Source: Eledone cirrhosa (lineage: Eukaryota). Taken from it: a DNA stretch of 64,000 nucleotides. Location of the stretch: NCBI GenBank assembly GCA_964016885.1, contig OZ024741.1:174220001-174284000 (forward strand), written 5' to 3'. Within the stretch, counting starts at the first letter, position 1. Each line of letters begins with the position of its first letter. Shown piece after piece: positions 1 to 12,800 of the stretch. The notes beneath the pieces were generated by a model, which worked only from the letters and a program-made list of their open reading frames with translations, did no database searches and had not been told where the DNA came from. Position numbers and translations under genes: made by a program.

Positions 1-518
1 CCCGAAGAGGCGTTGGGTCGACTTTTAGGGTACAAGCTTCCATGGTTACGTAGAAAATCGATGAAACAGGAATTTCCCATTCAAATTGAACTGAGAGTAA
101 TCTGTGAACGCAGAAGTCAATATTTAGAGAAACGTTCCAACCGAACGAAAACAGGAAGACGATATTTTGGTTCGTGAAAACGTTCCCTGGCAATGAACGG
201 GAAAACAAGCGAGGATAATACGTCGTTATGTGGAGCGTAAAGAACAATTTCATGCAAAGACAAGAACTAGTTTATGGTATAAATGGAGTTGTTAGACTAA
301 TATTCTATTTATCATAACAGAATGATTTCCAGCCTCGGAGTTTAAGAATGATGTAAATAAAATTGAAAACGAAAATGACAGAGGTTATTAAAATTGTAAA
401 AGTAAATAGTGAAGATTTAGGCCAGTACATACGTATGCTCCGACGGACATACACATACATACGCACACACAAATACATACCCCCCCCCCCCACACACACA
501 CACAAAACACACACACAC

Positions 519-563
<45 letters not shown>

Positions 564-1006
564 CGCGCGCGTGTATAAACCTAATGCATTTCTACAGTAT
601 TTTCACCAAACTTAAGACATAGGTTACTTATGTACTCCGGATGGTCATGGGCACTTTCATTTTTACAGATATTGATTATAGGGCCTCCCGGCAGACAACC
701 CCCTTTAACCACTTCCTTGGAGTCGACTGTAGAACTGCAGTGCAATGCAACAAAACGTCATAACTTCTGGAGTTCGCAACCGATTTTCACAAACCTTGAC
801 ACATGGGCTACGTTTGTCCTACAGATGAATGTGAACTCTCAGAATTGGCACATATTGAGTAGGGGACCCCCTGGGAGCAGGAACACCCTTTTGGAAAGAG
901 CCGATGATTTTAAAAGTATAGTTTTCGAAGTAGCACTGAAGTATTGACATAAATGGTATACACAACTGCTATTTAATACCCGATCAACGCCGGGTACCTC
1001 TGCTAG
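1..1006 (+). mobile_element. Non-autonomous Helitron-like element (5' end lies outside the window), with internal (CA)n microsatellite
   Basis: The 3' end has the hairpin tacccg-N8-cgggta (977-996) followed 6 nt later by CTAG|T (1003-1007), the same spacing as the Helitron end at 15506-15535. Bases 1-310 match the inverted copy at 1011-1316. Confidence 0.6.
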
Positions 1007-1010
1007 TTTT

Positions 1011-1427
1011 AAATAGAATATTAGTCTAACGACTCCATTTATACCATAAACTTGGTCTTGTCTTTGCATGAAATTGTTCTTCACGCTCCACAACGACATA
1101 TTATCCTGCCTTTTTCCCGTTCATTGCCAGGGAACGTCTTCACGAACCAAAATATCGCCTCCTGTTTTTCGTTCGGTTGCAACGTTTCTCTAAATATTGA
1201 CTTCTGCGTTCACAAATTACTCTCAGTTCAATTTGAATGGGAAATTCCTGTTTCATCGATTTTCTACGTAACCATGGAAGCTTGTAGCTTGAAAGTCGAC
1301 CCAACGCCTCCTCGGGTCATTCTGCATAACTGTGTAAATTTTCGCTGCATTCCACCAAGCTGTTTCGACGTTTATCCGACTACACCTACATATACAACGT
1401 CCGACCACTTCCAATTTATATAGTAGA
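1011..1427 (-). mobile_element. 5' portion of a second copy of the same Helitron-like family, inverted
   Basis: The reverse complement of 1011-1316 matches 1-310 with scattered mismatches. On the minus strand it begins A|TCTACTATATAAATTGG at 1427, a Helitron-type 5' TC terminus. Confidence 0.6.
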
Positions 1428-2000
1428 TTTGTTTATATATGAATGAAAAAAAGAAAAGTACAAAACTATACATGAATTGTTTCTACTAAACCTTCAATTT
1501 AAGACACAGCCTACATATTTGTTAGGACTCCAGCTCACACCTTATTCTTCTTCTTCTTCTTCTTCTTCTTTTGCTCCCCCTGGAACATTGGGGTGCGAAC
1601 CACCCCCACACAACGCCATGTTCTGAGTCTGCTTTTCAACTCCACCGTGATGCACGGTGCGTCATGATGTATCTAACCATTTTTTTAGATCTTACTACGG
1701 CTGATTTCTTCCAGAGAGAAAGAAAGAGATGGAAAAAGGCAGAGAAGATTCATCCCCGGAGGAATAATAAAAAATGTTCACACGGCACATTTCATTTTTT
1801 CAAAGCTAAAGCTGCCGATCCAAAATCAGTAATTCAACTCCCTGAAAACTTTCAAATATATGCTGTTCTAGCATGAATATTATGCTAAGGGGCAGCTGTC
1901 CACAAAGTAAGATTTACTTGCATATCCCCGCTCATATAAACACATAAATACGTGCATAGATACATTACACTTGATATTTTTTTTTTATTAAAGCGTTTTC

Positions 2001-2037
<37 letters not shown>

Positions 2038-2184
2038 ACGAAACATAAGTCAATTGCATGAACTCATAATCCTTTATTTACTGCTTTATTTGTAGGAAAT
2101 TGTAAATAAGACAAAAGTATTAGAACAGGGGGAAATAACTCACCGAACGCGATAGTAAATAGACCGTTTTGGGGCCCCAGGAAC

Positions 2185-2586
2185 TATAACGGGTTTTAGG
2201 GTCAATTCTTGGTATACATAATAGAAATCAGAAGGCATTTAGAACATTGACTAAATCCATTATCGATGTTGTAACTCTATTTATTAGTTGTACATGTTGA
2301 ACGGATACATTAGGTACAGGTAGTATCTACATGTGTAGGATGTAGTTTGGTCCGCTTCATTGCAAGATGGAGATGTTGTTAGCAGCGATGAGTGTAGCCT
2401 GGTCTTGTCGATAAGAGAGGTGCGTGTAGACTAATGTCTCTCTTGGTTACCTCCGCTCACCTGGTGACGTAGTTCTGGACAGTCCAATTAGTGCACCGAA
2501 GGTTTCGATTGGCTCACACTTCAGCCAACTTACCTCCGTAACACCATTCCGCCGCAGAAGGAAAATACATTTCATTCACTGCTACA
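2185..2586 (-). repeat. 3' LTR
   Basis: Direct repeat of 7493-7894. Minus-strand ends are TGTAGC...GTTATA, preceded by the purine tract AGCAGGGGGTGA (2587-2598). Confidence 0.95.
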
Positions 2587-2808
2587 TCACCCCCTGCTTA
2601 GGCTTACAGCCGACAGAGAAATAAGGGTAGCAGTTGAATGAAAGAAAAAGTACTATATAATAGTAAACACAATAAAATATATCACTGATAAAGAAATGTT
2701 CATATTACAGGAAAGTCAGAAATAGTGTAATGTTCACCTTAGTTCATACATTTAATACAAATACAAGGGCGGAGCAAACTCCAAGAAGATTGCTGTAAAT
2801 AACATAGT

Positions 2809-5800
2809 TCATATATAAAGAGTCTTGCAAAGCTTCTTGGGCCAATGTACTCGCCGACCGCTACGTGTGGTGGTGACATATGTAGGTGTAGGTGTGTGCG
2901 ATGTTATATGTGTATTGTGGCTTGGCTGATGCCAGGTGTATGTGGGGGGAAAATGGGGCTCTTGTGTGAGAGTGTCTGTATAGGCCCGTTTTACCCTGTC
3001 AATGGACACAGTCTCTTTTTTACCCCCAATGTCTAGGGTGAATAGCTTATCTGTGCGCTCAAGCACGCGATAGGGACCGGTATAAGGTGGCATGAGAGGA
3101 GCTCTCACGGCGTCCTTTCGTAAAAAGACGTGGGTCCATGAAGTAATGTCTTTCGGGACCGAAGATTTGATTGTCTGTTGGCGAGGGTGCATAGGCGGAA
3201 GATTGCTGAAATATGATTGCAGTCTGCTCACATACAGAGCTGGGTCTGTTGCTGGTAGGTCCAATGGAGCTAACATCTGACCAGGCAGAGATATAGGCAC
3301 TCCGTAAACCAACTCGGCGGGGGAGTAGCCTAGATCTTCCTTGATGGCTGCACGACAGCCCAGGAGGACAATTGGTACATATTCGCTCCACCGCTGCTGA
3401 TCCGGATAAGCGCGCAGTGCGGCTTTCAATTGGCGGTGGAAGCGTTCAATCATTCCGTTAGAAGCTGGATGGTAGCTGGTCGTTCGAATGCGTTGCATTC
3501 CCAGGATCCTTGAAAGCTCTCGGAAAAGGTGTGACTCAAATTGTCCACCGCGGTCAGTGGTGATAGTGGCTGGAACTCCGTAACGCGATATCCAACCCGA
3601 TACTAGAGCTCGCGCCACAGATTCCGCCGAAATGTCACTTAAAGGAATGGCCTCAGGCCAACGTGTGAAGCGATCTATGCAGGTCAGGAGGTATGTAAAT
3701 CCTCGGCTGACCGGCCATGGTCCGACAAGATCTATATGGACATGGCTGAACCTAGCGTCTGGAGTGCTGAAAGTTCCAAGGGGTGCGCGGATGTGTTTGT
3801 GCACCTTTGACTTTTGGCAGGATAGGCAGGAACGTGTCCAGGCAGTGATGTCACGCCTCATATTAGGCCAGAAGAATCTAGCCGAAATGAGCTTCACTGT
3901 GGTCGATATTCCAGGGTGTGCCAGACCGTGCAAGGTGTCGAAAACTGCTCGACGATGAGTCACTGGCACTAGAGGGCGAGGTGCATCTGTCGAGGTGTCG
4001 CAGATAATCTGTGTGTCCGAAGTGGGCACAGGCAGATATGCAAATTTGCCAGTTGCAAATTCAGAAGACGAGAGGTCCAAAGTATCCAGAGGTGGTTGTT
4101 CTGTGGCCATTCGTTGGAGGTCGATTTCCGCTGGCGATGACAGGGAATTAATTGGGAGGCGAGACAGTGCATCTGCCGCCGCATTCTGTTCACCAGAGAT
4201 GTGTCGGATATCGCTGGTAAATTGCGAAACGAAGTCCAAGTGGCGAGTTTCGCGAGGTGAATATTTGTCCGGCTTAGAACGCAGTGCGAACGTAAGCGGA
4301 CGGTGGTCAGTGTATATAACAAATTGGCGACCCTCCAGTGAATGCCGAAAGTGTTTCACTGCAAGGTACATAGCCAAGAGTTCACGGCCGAATGTGCTAT
4401 ACCGTGTTTCTGCAGGCTTCAGCTGTTTAGAAAAGTAGGCAAGAGGTTGTAACTGTTGTTGGTGATGTTGTTGCAGTACTGCACCTACAGCTGTGCCTGA
4501 TGCATCAACAACCAGTGAAAACTGGGCACCAGACACAGGATGTGCAAGCAGTGATGTCTCCGCAAGCTTCCGCTTCACTTCGTCGAAGGCTTTTAGCTGA
4601 TTCGTGTCCAATGAAATGGAATCGTTCTTCTTTTTCCTGTTACGTAACAGGTCGGACAGAGGAGACAGGAGATCCGCACAGTGTGGGATAAAGCGCCTGT
4701 AATAGTTCAGTAGCCCAAGAAAATGTCGTAGTTGACGAAGTGAAGTGGGTGGTTGGAGGTCTTGTACCGCTTTCACTTTATCAGGTAGTGGTGAAATTCC
4801 TTCTGGGCTGATGACATGGCCCAAGAAGACAAGTGAGGAAGCACCGAAAACACATTTTGCCGGATTAATTCTCACTTGGTATTTTTGAAATCTCTCGAAC
4901 AGGAGACGGAGGTGATTGACATGTTCCTCAGGTGAGGCACTTGCCACAAGAATGTCGTCGATGTAGTTGTACACGAAGTCTAAATCGCGCACAACTTCAT
5001 CCATAAATCGTTGGAACGTGCTGGCTGCGTTTCGCAAACCGAAAGGCATGGTCAAAAATTCAAACGCTCCAAATGGAGTTGTTACTGCAGTTTTAGGTAT
5101 GTCTGCCGGGTTCACCGGGATTTGGTGGTATGCTTTGACCAAATCCAATTTGGAGAATATGTTGCATCCATGCAGCGAAGATGCAAAATCCTGTATGTGT
5201 GGTATCGGGTAGCGGTCGGGTACCGTCATTGCATTTAACCGGCGAAAGTCCCCAGTGGGACGCCAATCACCGGAACGCTTTGGTACCAAATGCAAGGGTG
5301 CGGCCCACGGGCTTGAGGATGGGCGAATGATCCCGAGCTGCAGCATGTGATTGAATTCAGCCTTTGCGGCCTTCAGTTTCTCAGCAGAGAGACGGCGAGG
5401 GCGCGAAAACACAGGAGCTCCGGATGTTTCAATGTGGTGCTTGGTGGAGTGAGTAGGCTCACTCATCACAAAATTCAAATTTGTTAATTCCGGGAAGGAA
5501 TGCAAAAGTGATTGGTAAGGATCTTCTGTAGCAGCGATAAAGAAGACCGGGCTGACCGACGAGACAGTCGATCTGGTACCCGGCACAGACAGTTCTGTGT
5601 TGGCATCCAACAACCGGCGTCTGCGCATATCCACTATCAAGTTATAGTGGTGCAGGAAATCTGAGCCTAGGATGGGGTAAGGCAGATCAGCAACAGTGAA
5701 GATCCACGTGAAATCTCTACGCAATTCCAGGTTCAAAGAACGAGAAATCTGACCGTACGTGGGGATCGGTGACTGGTTTACTGCTTGCAGAGAGACGGTT

Positions 5801-5970
5801 GAGAGTTGGGGCTTCTCTTTGAGAAGTTTTAGCGGCCAAATGCTACAAGCCGCGCCGGTGTCGATCAGACAACGTGCCTGCGACTCAGTGTCTGTGATGA
5901 AAAACACACGGTTATTAGGGAGGGTCAGAGGAGACTGTGCCGTGCTCAGGTCTCCTGAAATCTGTTTCCC
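2809..5970 (-). CDS. pol: Pol polyprotein (protease, reverse transcriptase, RNase H, integrase), probably entered by -1 frameshift from gag
   Basis: 1059-aa ORF with LIDTGA (PR), YIDD (RT), VDAS...RELLA...TDH (RH), H-X3-H...C-X2-C plus IDLVG/TDRG/ERFH (IN). No internal stops. Confidence 0.95.
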   Translation of the reverse strand, partial: GKQISGDLSTAQSPLTLPNNRVFFITDTESQARCLIDTGAACSIWPLKLLKEKPQLSTVSLQAVNQSPIPTYGQISRSLNLELRRDFTWIFTVADLPYPILGSDFLHHYNLIVDMRRRRLLDANTELSVPGTRSTVSSVSPVFFIAATEDPYQSLLHSFPELTNLNFVMSEPTHSTKHHIETSGAPVFSRPRRLSAEKLKAAKAEFNHMLQLGIIRPSSSPWAAPLHLVPKRSGDWRPTGDFRRLNAMTVPDRYPIPHIQDFASSLHGCNIFSKLDLVKAYHQIPVNPADIPKTAVTTPFGAFEFLTMPFGLRNAASTFQRFMDEVVRDLDFVYNYIDDILVASASPEEHVNHLRLLFERFQKYQVRINPAKCVFGASSLVFLGHVISPEGISPLPDKVKAVQDLQPPTSLRQLRHFLGLLNYYRRFIPHCADLLSPLSDLLRNRKKKNDSISLDTNQLKAFDEVKRKLAETSLLAHPVSGAQFSLVVDASGTAVGAVLQQHHQQQLQPLAYFSKQLKPAETRYSTFGRELLAMYLAVKHFRHSLEGRQFVIYTDHRPLTFALRSKPDKYSPRETRHLDFVSQFTSDIRHISGEQNAAADALSRLPINSLSSPAEIDLQRMATEQPPLDTLDLSSSEFATGKFAYLPVPTSDTQIICDTSTDAPRPLVPVTHRRAVFDTLHGLAHPGISTTVKLISARFFWPNMRRDITAWTRSCLSCQKSKVHKHIRAPLGTFSTPDARFSHVHIDLVGPWPVSRGFTYLLTCIDRFTRWPEAIPLSDISAESVARALVSGWISRYGVPATITTDRGGQFESHLFRELSRILGMQRIRTTSYHPASNGMIERFHRQLKAALRAYPDQQRWSEYVPIVLLGCRAAIKEDLGYSPAELVYGVPISLPGQMLAPLDLPATDPALYVSRLQSYFSNLPPMHPRQQTIKSSVPKDITSWTHVFLRKDAVRAPLMPPYTGPYRVLERTDKLFTLDIGGKKETVSIDRVKRAYTDTLTQEPHFPPTYTWHQPSHNTHITSHTPTPTYVTTTRSGRRVHWPKKLCKTLYI

Positions 5971-6854
5971 TGGTCCGAAAATGTACAAGGCTGTTTACAG
6001 GAGCGTGCTGCTGCGCCAAAACGGCTGTGGTAGTAACACAAACCTGAACTGCTTGTGTGACGGCGTCGTGGCGAGGGTGAACGGCTCTGGAAACGGCGTC
6101 TGGGCGAATGAGCCCTGTGAGTGCTTAGTTTTCTCACTTCCTTGGTTAGCTGCTCTATTGCTTGCAGCATTGCTGCATTTGCAAGTGACTGGTCGGTATA
6201 ACTGGCAGCCGCTGGAGTGAAGGAAGCGACCGCAGTCGGCGGCTGGGATGCATTGAAGGAGACAGGAGCGAACGGATTGACCGCAGCCGGTGGCTGGGGT
6301 GCCTGGAAGGAGGCAGGAGAGAACGGATTGACCGCAGCCGGTGGCTGAGGTGCCTGGAAGGGGGCAAATGAGGCTGGGTGTCCGATGACACTCATAACCC
6401 TGTCGGCCGAAGCCGCTAGCTGGTCGACAGGAGCAGCCTCCATCATGGGCGCTAAGATCGCCTGAACTCCGGGGGGTAGCCTTGAGACAAAAAGCTGTCT
6501 AAGGAGGGCACTGTCAGCTGGGGCATCTTCCGCCAGCTCTCTCATCCGACGCAGTAGTTGTGTGGGCGTCCGATCACCCAAATGTTCGTCATTGACGAGC
6601 GTCTGAAATTTTTTTTCTGCGGACAATGTGGTCCGCCGCAACACTTCGAGCTTCACGCTCTCATAGGTGGCCCCAGGGCGAGGATCTGTAATTAAGTCTT
6701 TGACGACCGACGTCAATGACGCTGGAAAAGCGCTTAACAGGAGATTTAACTGTCTGTGGTCACTGGTGATGTTATTCGCTGTGAAATGTGCTTCTATCTG
6801 GGCGAACCAGACAGTGACGTCACCGGTAAACGGTGGCAATGAAGTGCTACCCAT
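5946..6854 (-). CDS. gag: Gag protein
   Basis: ORF from ATG 6854 ([24 protein letters not shown]...[13 protein letters not shown]), with C-terminal CYYHSRFG-X4-SCKQPC motif typical of this Gypsy lineage. Lies directly upstream of pol. Confidence 0.9.
   Translation of the reverse strand: MGSTSLPPFTGDVTVWFAQIEAHFTANNITSDHRQLNLLLSAFPASLTSVVKDLITDPRPGATYESVKLEVLRRTTLSAEKKFQTLVNDEHLGDRTPTQLLRRMRELAEDAPADSALLRQLFVSRLPPGVQAILAPMMEAAPVDQLAASADRVMSVIGHPASFAPFQAPQPPAAVNPFSPASFQAPQPPAAVNPFAPVSFNASQPPTAVASFTPAAASYTDQSLANAAMLQAIEQLTKEVRKLSTHRAHSPRRRFQSRSPSPRRRHTSSSGLCYYHSRFGAAARSCKQPCTFSDQGNRFQET
5964..5970 (-). promoter_or_regulatory. -1 ribosomal frameshift slippery heptamer G GGA AAC
   Basis: An X XXY YYZ heptamer in the gag frame within the gag/pol overlap. 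A -1 shift gives the pol frame GGG AAA CAG (GKQ). Confidence 0.8.
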
Positions 6855-7476
6855 TGTGTATACTGATGTAAAAGCAAAGGGCAAAGAAAGGACAACTCTG
6901 CACTTGTCACCGAGACAAAAGTGAAAATTCAGGCCAAGAAAAAATATAATCCGAGTGAAAGACAGAAAAAGAAAAATATATCAAAAACAATGTTGGAGGG
7001 GAAAACGTCAAGCTTTAAAAAAAAAATTATGATTTATCTTTGTCCTATTATTTTATTTATTTTTTTTTTTTCTTTTTGTGTACTTTTCAAAATGGCGTTG
7101 CCTCCGTCATTTTGGCGGGAAAACAGCTGAAGAAGACGGAAGTCGGCCATCTTGCTCTGACTGGGATCGGCGCCAACAGTTTTTTTTTTTTTTGTTTTTT
7201 TTTATAGCGTCGCCCAATCAGAAATTGAGAGGAAAAAATAAGATTTTTGTATTAACGCATGTGTTCGGTGATGTTAGAAAGTGAAGGTGTGATGTGCAGA
7301 TTTAGTAACAATAAGACAATATATCAAATACATATTAGGACTCAAGCTAATCGCGTACATACCCCGAGAAAAGGCGAGTGGCTTTGTTTTTTTTTGGGGG
7401 GGGGGGGGGGATGCGAAATGTTGATGTGTTCGTTGCAACGGAAAGATGTGGTTTCTTCTGTGTTGATGTCCTTAAA

Positions 7477-7490
7477 CGTTCGGGTCACCA
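7477..7490 (-). promoter_or_regulatory. Primer binding site, tRNA-Trp-like
   Basis: TGGTGACCCGAACG starts 2 nt downstream of the 5' LTR and resembles the complement of the tRNA-Trp 3' end. Confidence 0.75.
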
Positions 7491-7492
7491 TT

Positions 7493-7894
7493 TATAACGG
7501 GTTTTAGGGTCAATTCTTGGTATACATAATAGAAATCAGAAGGCATTTAGAACATTGACTAAATCCATTATCGATGTTGTAACTCTATTTATTAGTTGTA
7601 CATGTTGAACGGATACATTAGGTACAGGTAGTATCTACATGTGTAGGATGTAGTTTGGTCCGCTTCATTGCAAGATGGAGATGTTGTTAGCAGCGATGAG
7701 TGTAGCCTGGTCTTGTCGATAAGAGAGGTGCGTGTAGACTAATGTCTCTCTTGGTTACCTCCGCTCACCTGGTGACGTAGTTCTGGACAGTCCAATTAGT
7801 GCACCGAAGGTTTCGATTGGCTCACACTTCAGCCAACTTACCTCCGTAACACCATTCCGCCGCAGAAGGAAAATACATTTCATTCACTGCTACA
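7493..7894 (-). repeat. 5' LTR
   Basis: No differences from 2185-2586 were seen by eye. Confidence 0.95.
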
Positions 7895-8072
7895 GAACCA
7901 CATTTTTCAAGTTAGATATTTGAAACCTCGGCTATTTGCTTCCTTGGCATTTTTTACATAGGTGTGTAAATTTTCATGTCTGTCCGACCACGTCCACTAC
8001 CATTTAACCGTGCACAACTGACTTTCAACCACCACCCATTTCACAAATGTATATTAGATATATATATATATA

Positions 8073-8182
8073 CAGGGTGTCCCCAAAAGATGCATACACA
8101 CCTTGATTACCTGTTCAGGCAACATTTATTAAAATGCTGTTGAAGTGTGTATAGTGTGTATACATTTTGGGGGGATATCCTG
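8073..8182. mobile_element. Short Tc1/mariner/pogo-type MITE
   Basis: Imperfect TIRs CAGGGTGTCCCCAAAA...TTTTGGGGGGATATCCTG flanked by TA on both sides. Confidence 0.6.
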
Positions 8183-8207
8183 TATATCTATATTATATTA
8201 TTTATGC

Positions 8208-8393
8208 GGTGGATTGGCAGTATCGGTAGAGGGTCGGACGCCATGCTTTGACGCATAGAGTTACGGCCCTTGCCATTCTGAATTCAAATCCCACCAAGGT
8301 TAACTTTGCCTTTCATCCTTACGGGGTCGATAAAATAAAGTACCAGTAATGCACTGGATAATTGCTGGCTTTGTGCCTAACGTAGAAACAATT
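8208..8393 (+). mobile_element. tRNA-derived SINE (major family of this window)
   Basis: A-box-like TGGCAGTATCGG, B-box-like (G/A)TTCAAATCC, conserved core CTTTCATCCTTACGGGGTCGATAAAATAAAGTACC and an (ATT)n tail. More than 12 copies occur in the window. Confidence 0.75.
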
Positions 8394-8483
8394 ATTTATT
8401 TATGTTCATACATGGAACAAAAATGTCACCTAAGGCCCAATATTGACCATATCTCCAGAATGTAAGAAAAATCAAAATTGTGA

Positions 8484-8625
8484 CATATATATATATATAT
8501 ATATATATATGTGTATGTATATATGTACGTATGTATGCATGTATGTACGTATGTATATGTATATATATATATATATGTATGTATGTTTGTGTGTATGTAT
8601 ATATGTGTGCTTGTATGTATGTATG

Positions 8626-8715
<90 letters not shown>

Positions 8716-8789
8716 CATGTATGTACGTAAGTATATATATATATAAATATGTGTGTGTGTCTGTGTATGTATATATGTGTGCTTGTATG

Positions 8790-8820
<31 letters not shown>

Positions 8821-8876
8821 CTGTATATGTATATATGTGTGCATGTGCGTGTGTTGTATATACATACATATACACA
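8484..8876. repeat. Compound (TA)n/(TG)n/(TATG)n microsatellite
   Basis: Directly visible simple repeats. Confidence 0.9.
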
Positions 8877-9193
8877 AATGGCTTCCCTAGAGTTTTCATC
8901 TATCAAATTCCTAATTCCACTTCCAAGTCATTGATCATCTTGAGGCTACAGCAGAAGTCACTTGCTCAAAGTGCTGATTATGTATTTTCTAAAAAGAAAT
9001 TCTTAGACATTCAGCAATGCGTGTGCGACTATCCTTAAATCTATATATTAATTTGAACAACGTCAGTATTCCGTGTGTTATAATTCTCGATTAACATTGG
9101 TTCATTGGTCTCAAAAGACTCCGCCCACCAAACTGAAATTAATATGCATAATGCCAATGAGGGAGTGAGAGGGGAGAGTGTGAACGCTGTGTT

Positions 9194-9873
9194 CAATAAC
9201 TATTAACATGTGTGCGTGTGTACGTACGTGCGCGTATGTTTATGTGTGTGTGCGTGCGTGCAGCGTTCCACAGAAAGTAAAAACTATCAAATGTGTGAGT
9301 GTGTGCGTGTGCAAGTTTGCGTGCGTGTGCAAGTTTCCATGCGTGTATGTATGTGGCGTTCCACAATCGCCACGCAGTTTATCTGTCTGTGTGCCTGTCT
9401 GTTAGTCTAACATACACACAGTTGTGAAGGGACTAAATAGGGACCTTTCTTTACATTGACGGACATCTTTTATATTTATTATTGTGTCATTTTTTATACA
9501 CTATATATATATGGGTCAGTGTAGAGACATGTGTGTGTGTGATGTGTGTGGAAATAAGAGGGGAAGGAAAGCAATAACTATTAACATGTGTGTGTGTGTA
9601 TGTACGTGCGCGTATGTTTATGTGTGTGCGCGTGCGTGCAGCGTTCCACAGAAAGTAAAAACTATCAACATGTGTGAGTGTGTGCGTGTGTAAGTTTGCG
9701 TGCGTGTGCGCGTTTCCATGCGTGCATGTGTGTGGCGTTCCAGAATCGCCACGCAGTTTATCTGTATGTGTGCCTGTCTGTCAGTCTAACATACACAGAG
9801 TTGTGAAGGGAGTAAATAGGGACCTTTCTTTACATTGACGGACATCTTTAATATTTATTATTGTGTCATTTTT
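9194..9873 (+). repeat. Tandem duplication (~300 bp, offset 378 bp) in the Helitron 5' region
   Basis: caataactattaacatg...acattgacggacatc occurs at 9194-9494 and again at 9572-9873. Confidence 0.85.
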
Positions 9874-9879
9874 TGACAA

Positions 9880-12800
9880 TTGCTCGAAATGAATACTGAT
9901 AATAAAAGCAATTCGACTTTATCAAACAGTGAACTACAGCAGCGACGGCGTGCAGCCAGCAATGAAGAAAAACGGGCCGAACAGCGCCATCGAAACGCCG
10001 AACTTCAGAGGCGAAGACGTGCGGCCATGAATGAAGAGGAGCTGTCTGAACAACGCCAACGAAACACTGGAGCCAAGCAGCGACGGCGTCCTGCGATGGT
10101 TGAAGACGAACTGGCTGAGCATCATCAGCAGATGGCCAGAATTCAGCAGCAACGGCGTGCTGCGATGGATGAAGAGGAGCTGGCTGAACAGCGCCACCGC
10201 AATATAGAAGTTCAGAGAATGTGTCGCCAAAGTGCTCCTCATTCCAGTAAAGAGGCTACAAGGCGAACGAATGATATTAAAAATGGATCATGGCAACCGT
10301 GTCATTTTCAGATTGGTGGACAAGCAGAGTGTCCACATTGTGGAGCATTGCTTTGGAGGCACGAAAAGACGTGGACCACAATGTGATGTCATAAAGGAGC
10401 AGTTCAACTAGAACTATTGCGAATGCCGGATGATGAGGAGTCACCGGAGTTTAAAATACTAAGTATGTGGGGTGATCAAGGAGACCGAGGTAGATTACTG
10501 CGCAAATATTCGCGGCAAATTAGTAATTCATTAGCTTTAGCATCGCAGAGAGTTAGTGAGATGTTTGAGAGTGGAGCATGGCAACCGAATGTAGTCATTC
10601 AAGGCCGTTTGTATCATTGTATCGGTAATTTAGAAGTTACCCCAGGAGAGAGGCCTCGATTCGCTCAAATTTACGTTAACGATGCAGATCATAGTGAATC
10701 GAAGGAGGATATCAGGATCGATTGGATGAAGTTGCCGGGAAATATAACTGAACTTGAACTGCAAAGGTTAAGTGATTTGATCCGTGATTTGTAATCATGG
10801 CTTAGACAGTGTAATCCTTATGTTATGGATTTCATGTTGGTGGCTGAACTGTAAAATGTTCAGCAGCAAACATTGGTGATTAAGGCTGACGCAGTGCCAA
10901 GGAATCAACACGAACGGCGATATACTGCCCCTGAAGGATTTCGTGAAGTTGCTGTGTTGATGGACGATAAGCCTGGATCGAGAGATATCGTCCTCAGTCG
11001 CAGAGATGGTGGTCTCAAGACTATCAATGAGTCAAGTAGGGCATACGATCCATTGCATTGTGTTCTTTTATTCCCAAAAGGTGAAAATGGGTGGAACATG
11101 TTTGTTCATTTAGATGATCATGAGAATCGGCATCAACAGGGAGGCGGCAATAGACACAAGAATTCGATTCGCGACTTTTACGCGTTCCATTTGAACGAGA
11201 GGAATCAACAGAGAAATGCGCTATTTCAAGCCAGCAGATTGTTCCAGGAATACTGTTGTATGGCATTCGCAAAGAGCGAAAATCAAAGGCTAAATTATAT
11301 AGCTACACATCAGCAACATAGAGCTGAATTGTATAATAATATACAGGATGCGATAACAGCCGATGATGCCAATTACAAGCAAATCGGTCGACGCATCATT
11401 TTGCCATCGTCGTTCATCGGCAGCCCGATTCGCTATCAGGATGCAATGGCTATCGTCAGAAAGTTTGGAAAGCCAGATTTGTTTATAATGGTTACATGCA
11501 ATCCTGAATGGACTGATATTAAGGATGCACTTTTGCCAGGACAACAGCCAAAGGACCGTCCTGATATTGTGGCAAGAGTATTCAAAGGATAGCTGAAAAA
11601 GATAATGCATGATGTGGAACAAGAGAGAATCTTTGGAGGTATAGATGCTTTTACATACGTAATTGAATTCCATAAAAGAGGATTGCCACATGCACATTTG
11701 CTGATCATTTTACATAGAGATTGCAAATTGAGATGTGCTGAGAATGTTGACAGCATTGTGTGTGCTGAACTGCCGGAGAATGAGGCATTACGCAACTTGG
11801 TGGCAAAGTCAATGGTGCACAACCAATGCGGAGTGGCAAATCGGAAAGCGCCTTGCATGGAAAATGGCCAATGAAGTAAGCACTTTCCGAAATCTTTTGT
11901 CACGAAAACTTCCTGGAACGATGGGGATGCTCATCCCTCATACAGAAGACGGTCGCCTGCAGATGGCGGTTTGGTCGAAAATGTAAACGGTCGACAGGTT
12001 ACATATCAATGGGTTGTGCCATACAATCCATATTTGATTATGAAATATCGTTGTCATATTAATGTGGAAATGTGTAGCTCAGTGAAAGCTTGCAAATATC
12101 TATTCAAATATGTTTACAAAGGTCATGATCGGGCAATGATAAATGTCAGGAATGAGGAAGCGAACCAATGAGATGAATTTGGCAGGTTCCACGATGTTCG
12201 CTCGATTTTGATCTCAATGAACGCAAACCCAGCGTTCAGAAACTGACGGTTCACTTAGAGAATAGGCAAATGGTCTGTTTCTGTTTTCAGGACATTAGAA
12301 GAGGTGTCGAAAGAATTGCTAAGACGGAATTGACTGAGTGGTTCAAGCATAATAGGGAACATGCTTTGAACCCGGATCAAAGGCAACTCTACTGCAATTT
12401 CCCTTTGCACTATACGTGGGATAAGAAGGGAAAGAAATGGAATGATAGAAAACAAAAGTTGAGATTCATGACTATTGGACGGGTTTGTAATATCCATCCA
12501 GCATCTGGTGATGTGTTTTATCTCCGAATTCTGTTGCATAATGATTTTTCGAGAGGTAAACAGAGCTTCGCTGATTTGAAAATAATCAATGGCGTGGAAT
12601 ATGAAATATACCAGGCTGTGTGTCAGCATCTGGGATTCCTTCAGGATGACGCTGAATGGAATAACGCCATGGAAGCTGCAGGAACAACACAGATGCCAGC
12701 TCAAATAAGGCAGTTGTTTGTCACGATTCTAGGATTCTGCAATCCTGCCGATCCAAGAGAGTTATTTGAACGCCATTGAGGAATTATGGCTGATGATTTT

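Larger units (their letters stand above)
2185..7894 (-). mobile_element. Full-length Ty3/Gypsy LTR retrotransposon (CsRN1/Kabuki/Boudicca-like)
   Basis: Two 402-bp LTRs, 4-bp TSD GAAC (2181-2184 and 7895-7898), PBS, PPT, and open gag and pol with PR-RT-RH-IN order. Confidence 0.97.

Noticed and set aside
2034-2060. Hammerhead-like half motif gaaac-ataa-gtc next to (TA)n
   Set aside because: No CUGANGA upstream; at most a truncated remnant.
8392-9038. ORFs of YIYI/HTHT/CVCV type (also 305-578, 19643-22336, 55115-55443, 63658-63956)
   Set aside because: They are translations of (TA)n/(CA)n microsatellites, not genes.
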